Assembly (NCBI GenBank): GCA_964455265.1
Contig: CAYVVI010000001.1
Location: 4,593 to 68,592 of the forward strand
Length of the DNA stretch: 64,000 bases
Direction: 5' to 3'
Origin: an uncultured Flavobacteriales bacterium
GTDB lineage: Bacteria; Bacteroidota; Bacteroidia; Flavobacteriales_D; Parvicellaceae
The notes beneath the pieces were generated by a model. It did no database searches, was not told where the DNA came from, and saw nothing but the letters and a program-made list of their open reading frames with translations. Position 1 is the stretch's first letter. Every line of letters begins with the position of its first letter. Positions 18,188-26,612 of the stretch are shown here, one piece after another. Position numbers and translations under genes: made by a program.

Positions 18188-18873
18188 AAGTAATGGAATG
18201 AATTTTTCTTATTTTCTAGTTCTCTATCTTCATTACCTGTAAATATATTATTTGAATCACATTTTTCTGTTCCGATATCGCTTTGAAATGGTCTTCCTGC
18301 TCCCCGAGAACAAAATCCCTTATCGAAAATTTTATACTCTATAATTTTAGTGACAATTTCTACGTGACGATCACCAAGCATAACCACAATATCCCCAATT
18401 TTAACCTCATCTATTGTTTTTCTTGTTTTAAATCCATTACCTGATTTAATTTGTCTTGGATCATAATAATGCCTATTACTAGCCATAATATTTTTGCCTG
18501 CATAAAATAGAGCATCACCCACAAAGATATTACAGGTCCATATACCTGTGCGGTCATTGCCCCAAAATACACTCCATAAATCACTTCTCCATTTTGAATA
18601 AGCCGTTTTTAATTTAGAAAGATCCGTGTTATTCATTATAACAGTAGTTGTATCTTCTTTAAAACCAGCTATAACAGCTAATGTCCTTCGTTGATTGGGA
18701 GCCAAACCCTTCCAATCATCCCAAGTGTTAAATTTCTTTGGCTTTGATGTGGCTGATTTTAGTTTTCCATTTGGAGAAAAGAACCAACCTTGTTTTTTCG
18801 TTTGAAAGTTCCAGTAAGAATCCATTATTGTCTTGTCACTACCAAGTTTTTTTGCTGCATCTGCTAAATTCAT
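18184..18873 (-). CDS. papain-fold (NlpC/P60 / CHAP-like) putative amidase/peptidase
   Basis: 229 aa with a candidate catalytic Cys in GIWTCNIFVGDALFYAG and a His in IGDIVVMLGDRHVEIV, the usual order and context of NlpC/P60-type hydrolases. No signal peptide. Tentative. Confidence 0.45.
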   Translation of the reverse strand: MNLADAAKKLGSDKTIMDSYWNFQTKKQGWFFSPNGKLKSATSKPKKFNTWDDWKGLAPNQRRTLAVIAGFKEDTTTVIMNNTDLSKLKTAYSKWRSDLWSVFWGNDRTGIWTCNIFVGDALFYAGKNIMASNRHYYDPRQIKSGNGFKTRKTIDEVKIGDIVVMLGDRHVEIVTKIIEYKIFDKGFCSRGAGRPFQSDIGTEKCDSNNIFTGNEDRELENKKNSFHYL

Positions 18874-18893
18874 ATCTAATAAGTTGTTTCCGC

Positions 18894-19133
18894 CTACTTT
18901 AATTTCTTATCGGGAAAATAATGTCTGTAAACCAAAAAAATGGTGCCGCCTAAAATGGTGTCAAAACAACCATAAATTATTCTTTCTGTATTGTTATTTG
19001 CTGTTATCAAAAAATATAGAACAATAAAAAATGCGACTAGTCCGGCTATGACTAAAAGTAGTTTGATGAACATAGTAAAAATAATTTCATATACCTGAAC
19101 TCTTTCTTTTGTCAATTCCTTATTATTACTCAT
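18894..19133 (-). CDS. small 2-TM membrane protein
   Basis: 79 aa with two hydrophobic helices. It overlaps the upstream ORF by 4 nt. Confidence 0.45.
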   Translation of the reverse strand: MSNNKELTKERVQVYEIIFTMFIKLLLVIAGLVAFFIVLYFLITANNNTERIIYGCFDTILGGTIFLVYRHYFPDKKLK

Positions 19134-19522
19134 ACGACTGCCTTATTAAGTTGATAAAATTCAATTTTTAAAATCTCGGACTTTTTAAACTCGTGTTTGC
19201 CGATCTCAAGCATTAAGCAAGTGTCGCATACAATTTTTTCAGGAATTTCTTTTTCTGAATTGTAATGATTTATGAGTTTACCACAGTCAGGACACTCAAC
19301 ACCAACTCTCCTTTTAAAGAGATTTTCTTTAACTGCCATTTCGCATAAAGTCTTAGCAGTTGGCGTATTTAGGTTGTAAAAACTCCGAATGTTTTCAACA
19401 TAAATCCTATCAGGATTAGTTGCACTAATAACGTCAAGTCGCTTATCTATAAAACGACCTAAGAAGGATTTATCAATTATTTGAAAGAATTTCTCTAACC
19501 ACATTTTTATTTTGATTTGCAT
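19130..19522 (-). CDS. hypothetical protein with zinc-ribbon (CPDCG...CDTC)
   Basis: 130-aa ORF; the probable start is the internal MWLEKF at 19504. It has a four-Cys ribbon. Confidence 0.45.
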   Translation of the reverse strand: MQIKIKMWLEKFFQIIDKSFLGRFIDKRLDVISATNPDRIYVENIRSFYNLNTPTAKTLCEMAVKENLFKRRVGVECPDCGKLINHYNSEKEIPEKIVCDTCLMLEIGKHEFKKSEILKIEFYQLNKAVV

Positions 19523-20333
19523 TTTTTGAAAATAAAGGTATGCTTATTTGTCCACTAGCAGGATCAACCGTAAAATGATCGGGAAGAATTTCATCATCCC
19601 TAAGATATTTAAAAATCATTTTCCTTAGAGGGGCATTTACTAGGTTTTGATAAACATCTGGATACTGGCTCTTTAGGGTATAATTTTCATCCATTGTTTC
19701 AGTTGTAGTTGACCTGTCTTTTTTCCATTTAGCATATTTGGAATCAATTGAGTCATTAGCCCAAAGTTGCTTTATACCCCTGTTTAGGTCACATATAGTT
19801 GGTCTTAAATGTGCAAAATGTGTACACACTTGTTCTATAATTTTCAACTCGTCAATTACCTTTTCAGCATTTATCACTTTTCTGTTTTGGTCAAAATAAT
19901 TGCTCATATTTTTTTCCAAAATAGTTGCATAGAATGTAAGGTGTGAGTTGGAAAGTACAATCTGAATTGGTTGGTGAAAACTTAAAGTTGTTTCTTCAAA
20001 CGGGTTTGTCAAAATTACTCTAAAATCTATAATTGGAGAAATTGTTATTAATGTAACCCCATTGAGATTTGTTTGGTGTACAATGTCAATAGGGAATAGA
20101 TTTAGATTTAGATTGTTAGGCGTTAGAGCTTGCTCAAGATTATAAATGTAAACATGTTGTTTTGTATGCTCTAAGTTGACATAGCAAAAGGAATCTATAA
20201 TTGCTTTTGCATTTCCGTTTAATATTTCGTTGTAGAGTTCGTCTGAAACCTTTGTAGAATTGAAATGTTCTTTCAGAACTTTCACAGGAAAAAGTCTAAG
20301 AAGTCTTTTTAAAATGTCACGTTGTGTATTCAT
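19473..20333 (-). CDS. hypothetical protein (first gene of a five-gene operon)
   Basis: 286-aa ORF. No motif was recognised. Confidence 0.5.
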   Translation of the reverse strand: MNTQRDILKRLLRLFPVKVLKEHFNSTKVSDELYNEILNGNAKAIIDSFCYVNLEHTKQHVYIYNLEQALTPNNLNLNLFPIDIVHQTNLNGVTLITISPIIDFRVILTNPFEETTLSFHQPIQIVLSNSHLTFYATILEKNMSNYFDQNRKVINAEKVIDELKIIEQVCTHFAHLRPTICDLNRGIKQLWANDSIDSKYAKWKKDRSTTTETMDENYTLKSQYPDVYQNLVNAPLRKMIFKYLRDDEILPDHFTVDPASGQISIPLFSKNANQNKNVVREILSNN

Positions 20334-20377
20334 TTGTTGTAGTTAACTTGTTCATTTATTTTACTATAAACTTGATC

Positions 20378-20411
20378 CTCTCAGAAGTTGTTGAGTAAAA
20401 ACTTCTGAGAG
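20378..20411 (-). terminator. hairpin at the end of the M15-patatin operon
   Basis: CTCTCAGAAGTT-N10-AACTTCTGAGAG, a perfect 12-bp stem about 115 nt downstream of the stop of 20525-20830(-). No strong T-run follows. Confidence 0.45.
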
Positions 20412-20524
20412 ACAACTTGTATTGGGTAGATTCTCACTATTAGTGTTCACTTTGATTTTCTCAAGTTTATCACAATAGTTTAATAGTGTTTCAATTATAG
20501 ATGTAGAAATTAATTCTACACGTT

Positions 20525-20830
20525 TCATTTCTTTTCTAAACTTTGATTCTCTATTTCCGATAAAATTTCCATTTTAATTTCATCCATATGTTTTTCAATC
20601 CATTTGTTGTGTAGCCGCTTAAAAATAAACCAAAACAGTAAAGAAATAGGGATACTTAAAGCGACAAACAGCAGAAATTCTATGTTCTCATCTTTATCGT
20701 TTTGTATTTTATACTTTAAGTAAAAAAGGAAGCCCAAAACGAATCCTAAACAAAGAAAAAAGATAAGCTCGAACGCTTTCTTAAAAAAGTAAAATACTCC
20801 TCTTATTCCTTTATTTACATACTTAATCAT
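20525..20830 (-). CDS. small 2-TM membrane protein
   Basis: 101 aa with two TM helices and a charged C-terminal helix. It lies 1 nt after the upstream ORF. Confidence 0.5.
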   Translation of the reverse strand: MIKYVNKGIRGVFYFFKKAFELIFFLCLGFVLGFLFYLKYKIQNDKDENIEFLLFVALSIPISLLFWFIFKRLHNKWIEKHMDEIKMEILSEIENQSLEKK

Positions 20831-20831
20831 C

Positions 20832-21512
20832 TTATTGCTCTCCTATTAAAACCATAAAAAAGAGAAGAAATAACACTGCAAAAAAGACTAGTGTTGAAAG
20901 TAAGTAGTATTTAAAAGATAGTATCCACGATTCTTTGTCGCTTAAATTCAAGATGTTTTTTATCACACTTTTGGTGCGCCAAATAATCCAAGCAACAGGA
21001 ACAGCAGAAAGCGACTCTGTATATTCTACATTGTTATGTATTAAGTAAAATGATAATAGTGTTAGTATGTGTGGAGGGATAAAGACATAGCATAAAGAAT
21101 ATAATGTGGTTTTCAGCTTTGTTTTACAAACTAATATATCTCCTTTACGGTGAATAAAAATTGCTATAAGTAAAGGGATGGATAAGTAATAAATGGCAGC
21201 ACTTAACAATCTAATTTCATCAGATGACTCTAAAAAATCTGTAATTCTTATAGAAGCATACGATAACCATTGAAATGGCGAGTATTCTAAGTAAGCAAAT
21301 GGAAAAACAACCAAAACAACAAACAATAGAAGAGGCGAAACATAATCGTCAAAGCGAATTTTTGTGTCTTTGTTCATCTCTTCCGAAACGTAGCCATAAA
21401 TCCACGATGGATTAAATGTGATTTTAACAAATGTTTTAGGAACGAAATAAATGGCTAAAAGAAGTTCATATAGAAACTCTTCTAGTGACAAGAGTAGTCT
21501 AAAAATGTTCAT
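20832..21512 (-). CDS. polytopic membrane protein
   Basis: 226 aa with about 6 TM helices. It lies 2 nt after the patatin gene. Confidence 0.55.
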   Translation of the reverse strand: MNIFRLLLSLEEFLYELLLAIYFVPKTFVKITFNPSWIYGYVSEEMNKDTKIRFDDYVSPLLLFVVLVVFPFAYLEYSPFQWLSYASIRITDFLESSDEIRLLSAAIYYLSIPLLIAIFIHRKGDILVCKTKLKTTLYSLCYVFIPPHILTLLSFYLIHNNVEYTESLSAVPVAWIIWRTKSVIKNILNLSDKESWILSFKYYLLSTLVFFAVLFLLFFMVLIGEQ

Positions 21513-21514
21513 AG

Positions 21515-22525
21515 CTATTGTATTATCAATTCTATAAATTTATCTAGTTGCTGACTATGATTTTGTGCTGTTTCAGTCCCCAGTGCTTTAAGCCCTAGAA
21601 GGTTTTTTTCAGAAGCATCATCCATTGATGAGTTTACATCACTTGGCATTTCGGTATTAACCCGTAAATATTGAGATGGTTTCTCAACGGCATCATACAT
21701 CTGCTTTAACTGATAGTCTACAGCATCAGCCACGCCAGACATCATTATATCAATAATTGGCTTAATCCACTGAGCAGCACCCCAATCTTTTGCTTTTTTG
21801 TATTCATAAGGGTCTCTTACAAAACCAGTTCCTATTGACAAAATAGCCATGTCTTTTGCCGTTACTTTAAACTTTGATACAGCTTCAGCATATGCGCATA
21901 GTGTTGGGTTATTGACAAAAACACCTCCATCAATTAATGGATATTGAACCCCAGTTTCAGACTTAATGTTTGAACATTCAAAATATGTAGGTGCAGCAGA
22001 AGTGGCTCTAGCAACATCTCTCACTAAATAGTCCCATGCTTTGTCTTTTTTAGCATCGTGTTGTGTGAAAAATTGACCTTTTCTTCTTTTAATATCATAT
22101 GCAGTAACAAGGCAGGGTTTAAGTAACTGACTTAATTTTGTTTCACCAAAATATGCCTTTACTGCTTTTTCAAAGTTGTCAGCAGGATATTTTTCATCAA
22201 ATATCCCCGCCCCACTTTTAATTTTATGTTTGAGAGGAATACTAAAAATTTCTCCCCCTTTTTCAAGATATAGATTAACAACTTCTTCTGCATTAAACTT
22301 AGGTCTGGTTTGATCGTTTAAGTGCGGACATAAATAAGCTATTGAAAGTATTCCTCCAGTGCTTGTTCCAGCAATTAAATCAAAATAATCAGCAATTCTT
22401 GCATTAGGATTTTTTGTCTTTTTTTGGATTTTCTTTTCTAAGGACACCAATACTTGCCCGGGTATTATTCCTCTTATACCACCCCCATCAATCGATAGAA
22501 TTCTAAATAGTTTTTTGTTTTCCAT
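21515..22525 (-). CDS. patatin-like phospholipase
   Basis: Has the oxyanion hole DGGGIRG, the nucleophile elbow GTSTGG (GxSxG), and the catalytic Asp in IDGGVFVNNP. Confidence 0.9.
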   Translation of the reverse strand: MENKKLFRILSIDGGGIRGIIPGQVLVSLEKKIQKKTKNPNARIADYFDLIAGTSTGGILSIAYLCPHLNDQTRPKFNAEEVVNLYLEKGGEIFSIPLKHKIKSGAGIFDEKYPADNFEKAVKAYFGETKLSQLLKPCLVTAYDIKRRKGQFFTQHDAKKDKAWDYLVRDVARATSAAPTYFECSNIKSETGVQYPLIDGGVFVNNPTLCAYAEAVSKFKVTAKDMAILSIGTGFVRDPYEYKKAKDWGAAQWIKPIIDIMMSGVADAVDYQLKQMYDAVEKPSQYLRVNTEMPSDVNSSMDDASEKNLLGLKALGTETAQNHSQQLDKFIELIIQ

Positions 22526-22550
22526 AGTTTATTAATTTTAATTAAATGTT

Positions 22551-23282
22551 CTAATTTCTATTAAATTGTTTCGCAGTTAAAACTTGATTTATGGACAAAG
22601 CGGGTGCATCGTCAGGAACGTCAATAGATGCACCAATATCAATAATATTAGCTTTGTAATTGGGATTTGGATTTTCGAAAGGTCTAATCGATCTGATTTG
22701 AATTCCTGCTCTTATTAAAGCAAGAGCAACTATTTTCACATCTTCAATATTCACATTTTTCCCATACCAAATACAGTCTGAAACATAATTTTCCATTAAG
22801 CTAGAAGCTGGCCTTTTTTCATACCTGTATCCAAGTTCATGTAATGAGAATAATAGTTTTTCATCGTCTATTGACTTAACATAATACCTTACTGTTATAT
22901 TAGAATTAGGGATATGACTTTTAGACAATTTTTGAATTTGTTTATGGGCTTTTATGCTATTGTTAATGATAATATCTTTGTTAGAAAGCTGCATGATACT
23001 GTCTATCGGTAAACCAAACGTACTCATCAATTCACCTTCAAGCTCTTGCTTTTTTGTAATAAGCGATTTAAATTCATTTTCTTTTTGTTCAACCTGTTGA
23101 TTGACTACAGAAAGTTGCTCTTTTACTTTTGAAAGCTCATTAAGCTTAGTGTTAAGTTCGTGACCAAAGTACAATAGGCAAACGACAACAATGCCTATTG
23201 GTATAATAGCATACAAAAACGCTGAGTTTCTTTGTTTTCTTTGGATATCAGTAATTACTTTGTCATATTCGGATTGTTCCAT
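22551..23282 (-). CDS. type-II membrane protein with coiled coil and C-terminal globular domain
   Basis: 243 aa with an N-terminal TM (AFLYAIIPIGIVVVCLLYF), a coiled-coil stretch of about 60 aa, and an unknown domain of about 130 aa. Confidence 0.5.
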   Translation of the reverse strand: MEQSEYDKVITDIQRKQRNSAFLYAIIPIGIVVVCLLYFGHELNTKLNELSKVKEQLSVVNQQVEQKENEFKSLITKKQELEGELMSTFGLPIDSIMQLSNKDIIINNSIKAHKQIQKLSKSHIPNSNITVRYYVKSIDDEKLLFSLHELGYRYEKRPASSLMENYVSDCIWYGKNVNIEDVKIVALALIRAGIQIRSIRPFENPNPNYKANIIDIGASIDVPDDAPALSINQVLTAKQFNRN

Positions 23283-23285
23283 ATC

Positions 23286-23636
23286 TCAAAATGATTTTAA
23301 AATTATTTCGTCAATCTTCTGCTTGATGATTATTTTGTCTTCATCCGAAGGCATTGGTGGCCCACAATATCGTCCTCTAAAAAGATGTAATGCCTCAATT
23401 CTATTATTAATATTATAAATCTCTCTTAAGGGCCACGCAACACCTATAGAAGTTAAAGCAATTCCACCTAGAGTAGTTAATGTTTTAGCGATTTCTTCAT
23501 CGGTTAGCAATAGAATTCCTATTGAAATAGCTCCCACTCCTAGTGTTGAAGCTACTATAGCCCATATCTTAGCTCTTTGAATCATTCTCTTATGAAAAAT
23601 CAAAGCATCATCGCAGTTTTTAACAATAATATCCAT
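23286..23636 (-). CDS. small 2-TM protein (holin-like or SLATT-like topology)
   Basis: 116 aa with two TM helices (IWAIVASTLGVGAISIGILLL and LGGIALTSIGVAWPL). It lies 16 nt downstream of the M15 peptidase gene. Confidence 0.5.
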   Translation of the reverse strand: MDIIVKNCDDALIFHKRMIQRAKIWAIVASTLGVGAISIGILLLTDEEIAKTLTTLGGIALTSIGVAWPLREIYNINNRIEALHLFRGRYCGPPMPSDEDKIIIKQKIDEIILKSF

Positions 23637-23652
23637 AGAGGGGTATAGTTTA

Positions 23653-24420
23653 TTATAACAGTTTGGCTAATTCAAAGTGCATTCCGTCTTTTCTGGAAAA
23701 ATGACCCCCCCAATAAAATCCCAGCTTGTTTGCAATAGAAACAAGTTCTCTTAAGCTTCCTTTTTCTCCTACAAGCGCGGGGTTTACCCCCAAAGCATTC
23801 CATTTGGCGTTTAAATCTATGGCAATGCCATAAGCATGTGAGCTTAGAGTTTTAGAACTTCCTCGAATTAATCTTGCATTAAGTGCCCCATCGTAGGTTA
23901 ATATTTTATCCGTTAATCCTGCTTTTTTCCAATCTGTAAAAAGTTGTTGAAATTGGGGAGCTGCTTTTTTGTGAACAGAAATCCTATTAGTGTTATAAGG
24001 AGGAAGTTTTTTAATCTGTGGCAGTTCTATAGTAATGATGTTATCTTTTCTAAAACCATTAGTTATGTTAACACTACTTCCATTTGCAAGAACGTTAAAT
24101 TCAATTTTACCAAATATGCTTTGCATTTGTGGGGCTGTGAGTGGTTTAAAGTTTGGTGCTAGTGGCCAATTTGAACCTAGTTTTTCTTTGTCTTTCGGGT
24201 CTTCTACCAAGAAAAAACCTAACTGCATGGCCTTGGCATAGCTTTGATTACCCACTACACCATCTACAAATAGTTTGTGTTTTTTTTGAAAATCTTTAGT
24301 GGCGAGTTCTGTTCTATTTCCAAAATCCCCATCAGCAATAAGCTTATAGCCCTGACCAATCAGGAAGTATTGCCAATTTATTACTTGTTTACCTTTGTCT
24401 CCTTTACGTAGTGCTTTCAT
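23653..24420 (-). CDS. peptidoglycan-binding (PG_binding_1) + M15 (VanY-like) D-Ala-D-Ala peptidase
   Basis: The PG_binding_1 repeat is GDKGKQVINWQYFL...DGDFGNRTELATKDFQKKHKLFVDGVVG. The M15 metal ligands are SSHAYGIAIDLN and WGGHF..DGMHFE. There is no signal peptide. The start is set at ATG 24420 because the track start (GTG 24456) lies inside the promoter box. Confidence 0.8.
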   Translation of the reverse strand: MKALRKGDKGKQVINWQYFLIGQGYKLIADGDFGNRTELATKDFQKKHKLFVDGVVGNQSYAKAMQLGFFLVEDPKDKEKLGSNWPLAPNFKPLTAPQMQSIFGKIEFNVLANGSSVNITNGFRKDNIITIELPQIKKLPPYNTNRISVHKKAAPQFQQLFTDWKKAGLTDKILTYDGALNARLIRGSSKTLSSHAYGIAIDLNAKWNALGVNPALVGEKGSLRELVSIANKLGFYWGGHFSRKDGMHFELAKLL

Positions 24421-24458
24421 AGTTTTATGAAGTTTGATTTCACAAATAAAAAACACGC

Positions 24459-24478
24459 CACTGTCATTTTATGACCGT
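24459..24478 (-). promoter_or_regulatory. conserved palindromic promoter-proximal motif (copy 1), sense ACGGTCATAAAATGACAGTG
   Basis: One of five near-identical 20-bp copies in the window. On the sense strand it is followed by GCGTGTTTTTTATTTG (a TTTG-type -7-like box) and then the M15 peptidase gene. Confidence 0.7.
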
Positions 24479-24743
24479 AAAGAAAATTGTTAAAAAGTTT
24501 TTTTAGCACTCAGAATTTTTTGGTATCAAAAAATTAATCGATACTACTAAAATAGTACCTGAGAATTTACTAGGTGAGCTTTTTAGTTATAGCTAATGCT
24601 TGGTTTTATATGATAAAATTCTACTTTCATTCAATTCTTTTACCATTTTTCCCCGAATTACAAGAAACCATATTTATCAATATTACAAAAAGTGAATGAA
24701 TACTTAGCTTTTAGAGGCAGAATAGATTAAAAAGTGTTTAACT

Positions 24744-24881
24744 TTAGATAAAATGTAAAGAAGTTAGTTGTAATTTTTTTACTTGCTTCATACCCCAAGG
24801 GTCATCATCATAGCCATCATCGAACCAACCTTTTGGGCTGCGTTCTTCTTGTCTTTTTGGCCTATGTAGGCGTTCGCGCAT
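24744..24881 (-). pseudogene. leader-only mini-ORF (45 aa: MRERLHRPKRQEERSPKGWFDDGYDDDPWGMKQVKKLQLTSLHFI)
   Basis: Translated by hand. The first 13 residues and their DNA match the shared cargo leader (MRERLHRPxRQEE), and similarity then ends. It is either a remnant of a cargo gene or a very small cargo. Confidence 0.4.
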
Positions 24882-24893
24882 CTTGTTACGACA

Positions 24894-25361
24894 TTAAAAA
24901 TAAAGGGCGTCAATAATTAGTATTAAAATAATGGTGGAGAGTGTAAATATGTTTGTTTTACGTTCAATAGTTTTTTTATATCTTTTGTAGAATAAAAGAC
25001 CTAAGACTGCTGAAATAATAAAGGACAGAACCAATTGCCACTCTAAGTAGATTTGTAGAGGAAATTCTTCTTTTTTATTAGGAAATAACAGATAGAATAT
25101 ACGCATCAATGCATTTGTAAAAGAAAAAATAGCAGTCACATTTACAATAAAGAAAACAACATTTACAAACCATTTTTTTTCAATAATAAGGTGTGTGACC
25201 AATACCAATACATAGAAAGGGATTAAAATGTAACTGACTTCTTTTTTTATAAATCCCAAAGTAAAAAATAGAGAAGCATAAGATAATAAGATGTATGCTA
25301 AAAATAATGTTCGTGACATAGGTTTATATTTAAAAATATTAATGTGTTTATTTAACAACAA
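24894..25361 (-). CDS. polytopic membrane protein (candidate immunity protein)
   Basis: 155 aa with 4-5 TM helices. It overlaps the stop of the upstream leader-bearing protein by 14 nt. Confidence 0.55.
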   Translation of the reverse strand: MLLNKHINIFKYKPMSRTLFLAYILLSYASLFFTLGFIKKEVSYILIPFYVLVLVTHLIIEKKWFVNVVFFIVNVTAIFSFTNALMRIFYLLFPNKKEEFPLQIYLEWQLVLSFIISAVLGLLFYKRYKKTIERKTNIFTLSTIILILIIDALYF

Positions 25362-26529
25362 ACGAATCTTTTACCGCATAGTTAAATTTATTTTTTTCAA
25401 TTGATACTGTTTCCTCACTACCCCAAGTCCAAACAGTAAAGACAGCCCTTCCATCCTCTATTGTAATTTTTGATTTTACAATTATGTAATGATTTCCTAG
25501 AACCGAATTAATATAACTATCTGGTTTGTCCGATTTTTTCGATCCCCCTTTTCCTTTTTTATCCGTACCATCTAATTGATTCCAATCTACTAGCAAAACA
25601 ATAGTATTTCCTTTATTAAATTCATTGTTAATTGATTCTATACTTGGTGAAGATGTACGGTTTTCAGTAACGTTATCAATATTTTCTAACCAATAACTCA
25701 TCTCCCAATGGGTTGTAAATGCAGTTACCCCAGCATCCTCCGATGGATCATAGTCATAAATGGCATTTTCACTGTGTCTAATAGCAGAGAATAACATCCA
25801 GTCAACGCTTGCCATTCCCTCAGTAACTGTTTGGTTAAAAGTGTCAGGATTAGCCTTAACTATAAGATTATTGTAAGTAAATTGTCCCATTTGATATAAA
25901 TCAATAACAGATCGCACATAGTCAATCGGGTCATAACTAGACCAAATAACAGAGTATGCTGCAGGACCACAAAGATTTAAACTTTTTTGTTTGTGAGATT
26001 CTGGATTATTTACTCTTTCAATTAACTCTTCGGCCAGCTGTGAAGCAGAGATATTTTTATACGTTGGAGTTATTTCATATGTTTTATCAAGAAAAGCAAT
26101 ATATCTTTTATTCGGATTTTCCTTAAAAAAGTTAATTTTTTTAAACGCTTTTTGTTTATCACTCTTGTCCTGTTCTGGTAAATTGTTTTGAGTTATCAAA
26201 CTCTTTTCCTCTTGTTGAGAAGCACTTGTGGTTTTTGTATCACTAGTTTCAGCTAGTTCTTCTTCTTGCTTAGGTGTATCCACATTGTTGCCTCTAAGCA
26301 TTCCATTAGGAAAGTCATCAGGGTTAATGGTATGTCCTTTAAGTCGTGTAAAGACATTATCAACTTTTTTTCTATCTCCAAATACTCCGTTAGGGAAGGC
26401 ATCAAGAAAGTTGTAGCCACTTAAATCGGACTGAGTTGATTCCGTTTCGTTTTCCTGCATAGCACTATCGTTCTCGCTTCTTCTGGCGGGTTCTTCTTGT
26501 CTTGTGGGTTTATGTAGGCGTTCGCGCAT
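25348..26529 (-). CDS. leader-bearing cargo candidate with papain-like Cys-protease-type C-terminal domain
   Basis: The long-form N-terminal leader spans about 95 aa (MRERLHKPTRQEEPARRSEN...FPNGVFGD...FPNGMLRG...DTPKQEEE). The C-terminal domain has a candidate nucleophile in SLNLCGPAAYS and a His in LGNHYIIVKS. The domain family call is tentative. Confidence 0.6.
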   Translation of the reverse strand: MRERLHKPTRQEEPARRSENDSAMQENETESTQSDLSGYNFLDAFPNGVFGDRKKVDNVFTRLKGHTINPDDFPNGMLRGNNVDTPKQEEELAETSDTKTTSASQQEEKSLITQNNLPEQDKSDKQKAFKKINFFKENPNKRYIAFLDKTYEITPTYKNISASQLAEELIERVNNPESHKQKSLNLCGPAAYSVIWSSYDPIDYVRSVIDLYQMGQFTYNNLIVKANPDTFNQTVTEGMASVDWMLFSAIRHSENAIYDYDPSEDAGVTAFTTHWEMSYWLENIDNVTENRTSSPSIESINNEFNKGNTIVLLVDWNQLDGTDKKGKGGSKKSDKPDSYINSVLGNHYIIVKSKITIEDGRAVFTVWTWGSEETVSIEKNKFNYAVKDSFVVK

Positions 26530-26570
26530 GGTAGAGTAAATTTAGTGGTTTTTGCAAATAAAAACAATCC

Positions 26571-26590
26571 CACTGTCATTTTATGACCGT
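26571..26590 (-). promoter_or_regulatory. conserved palindromic promoter-proximal motif (copy 2)
   Basis: The sense strand reads ACGGTCATAAAATGACAGTG, then GGATTGTTTTTATTTGCAAAAACCACTAAATTTACTCTACC ATG of 25348-26529. Confidence 0.7.
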
Positions 26591-26612
26591 AACGAAAATT
26601 GTAGGGAAAAAT

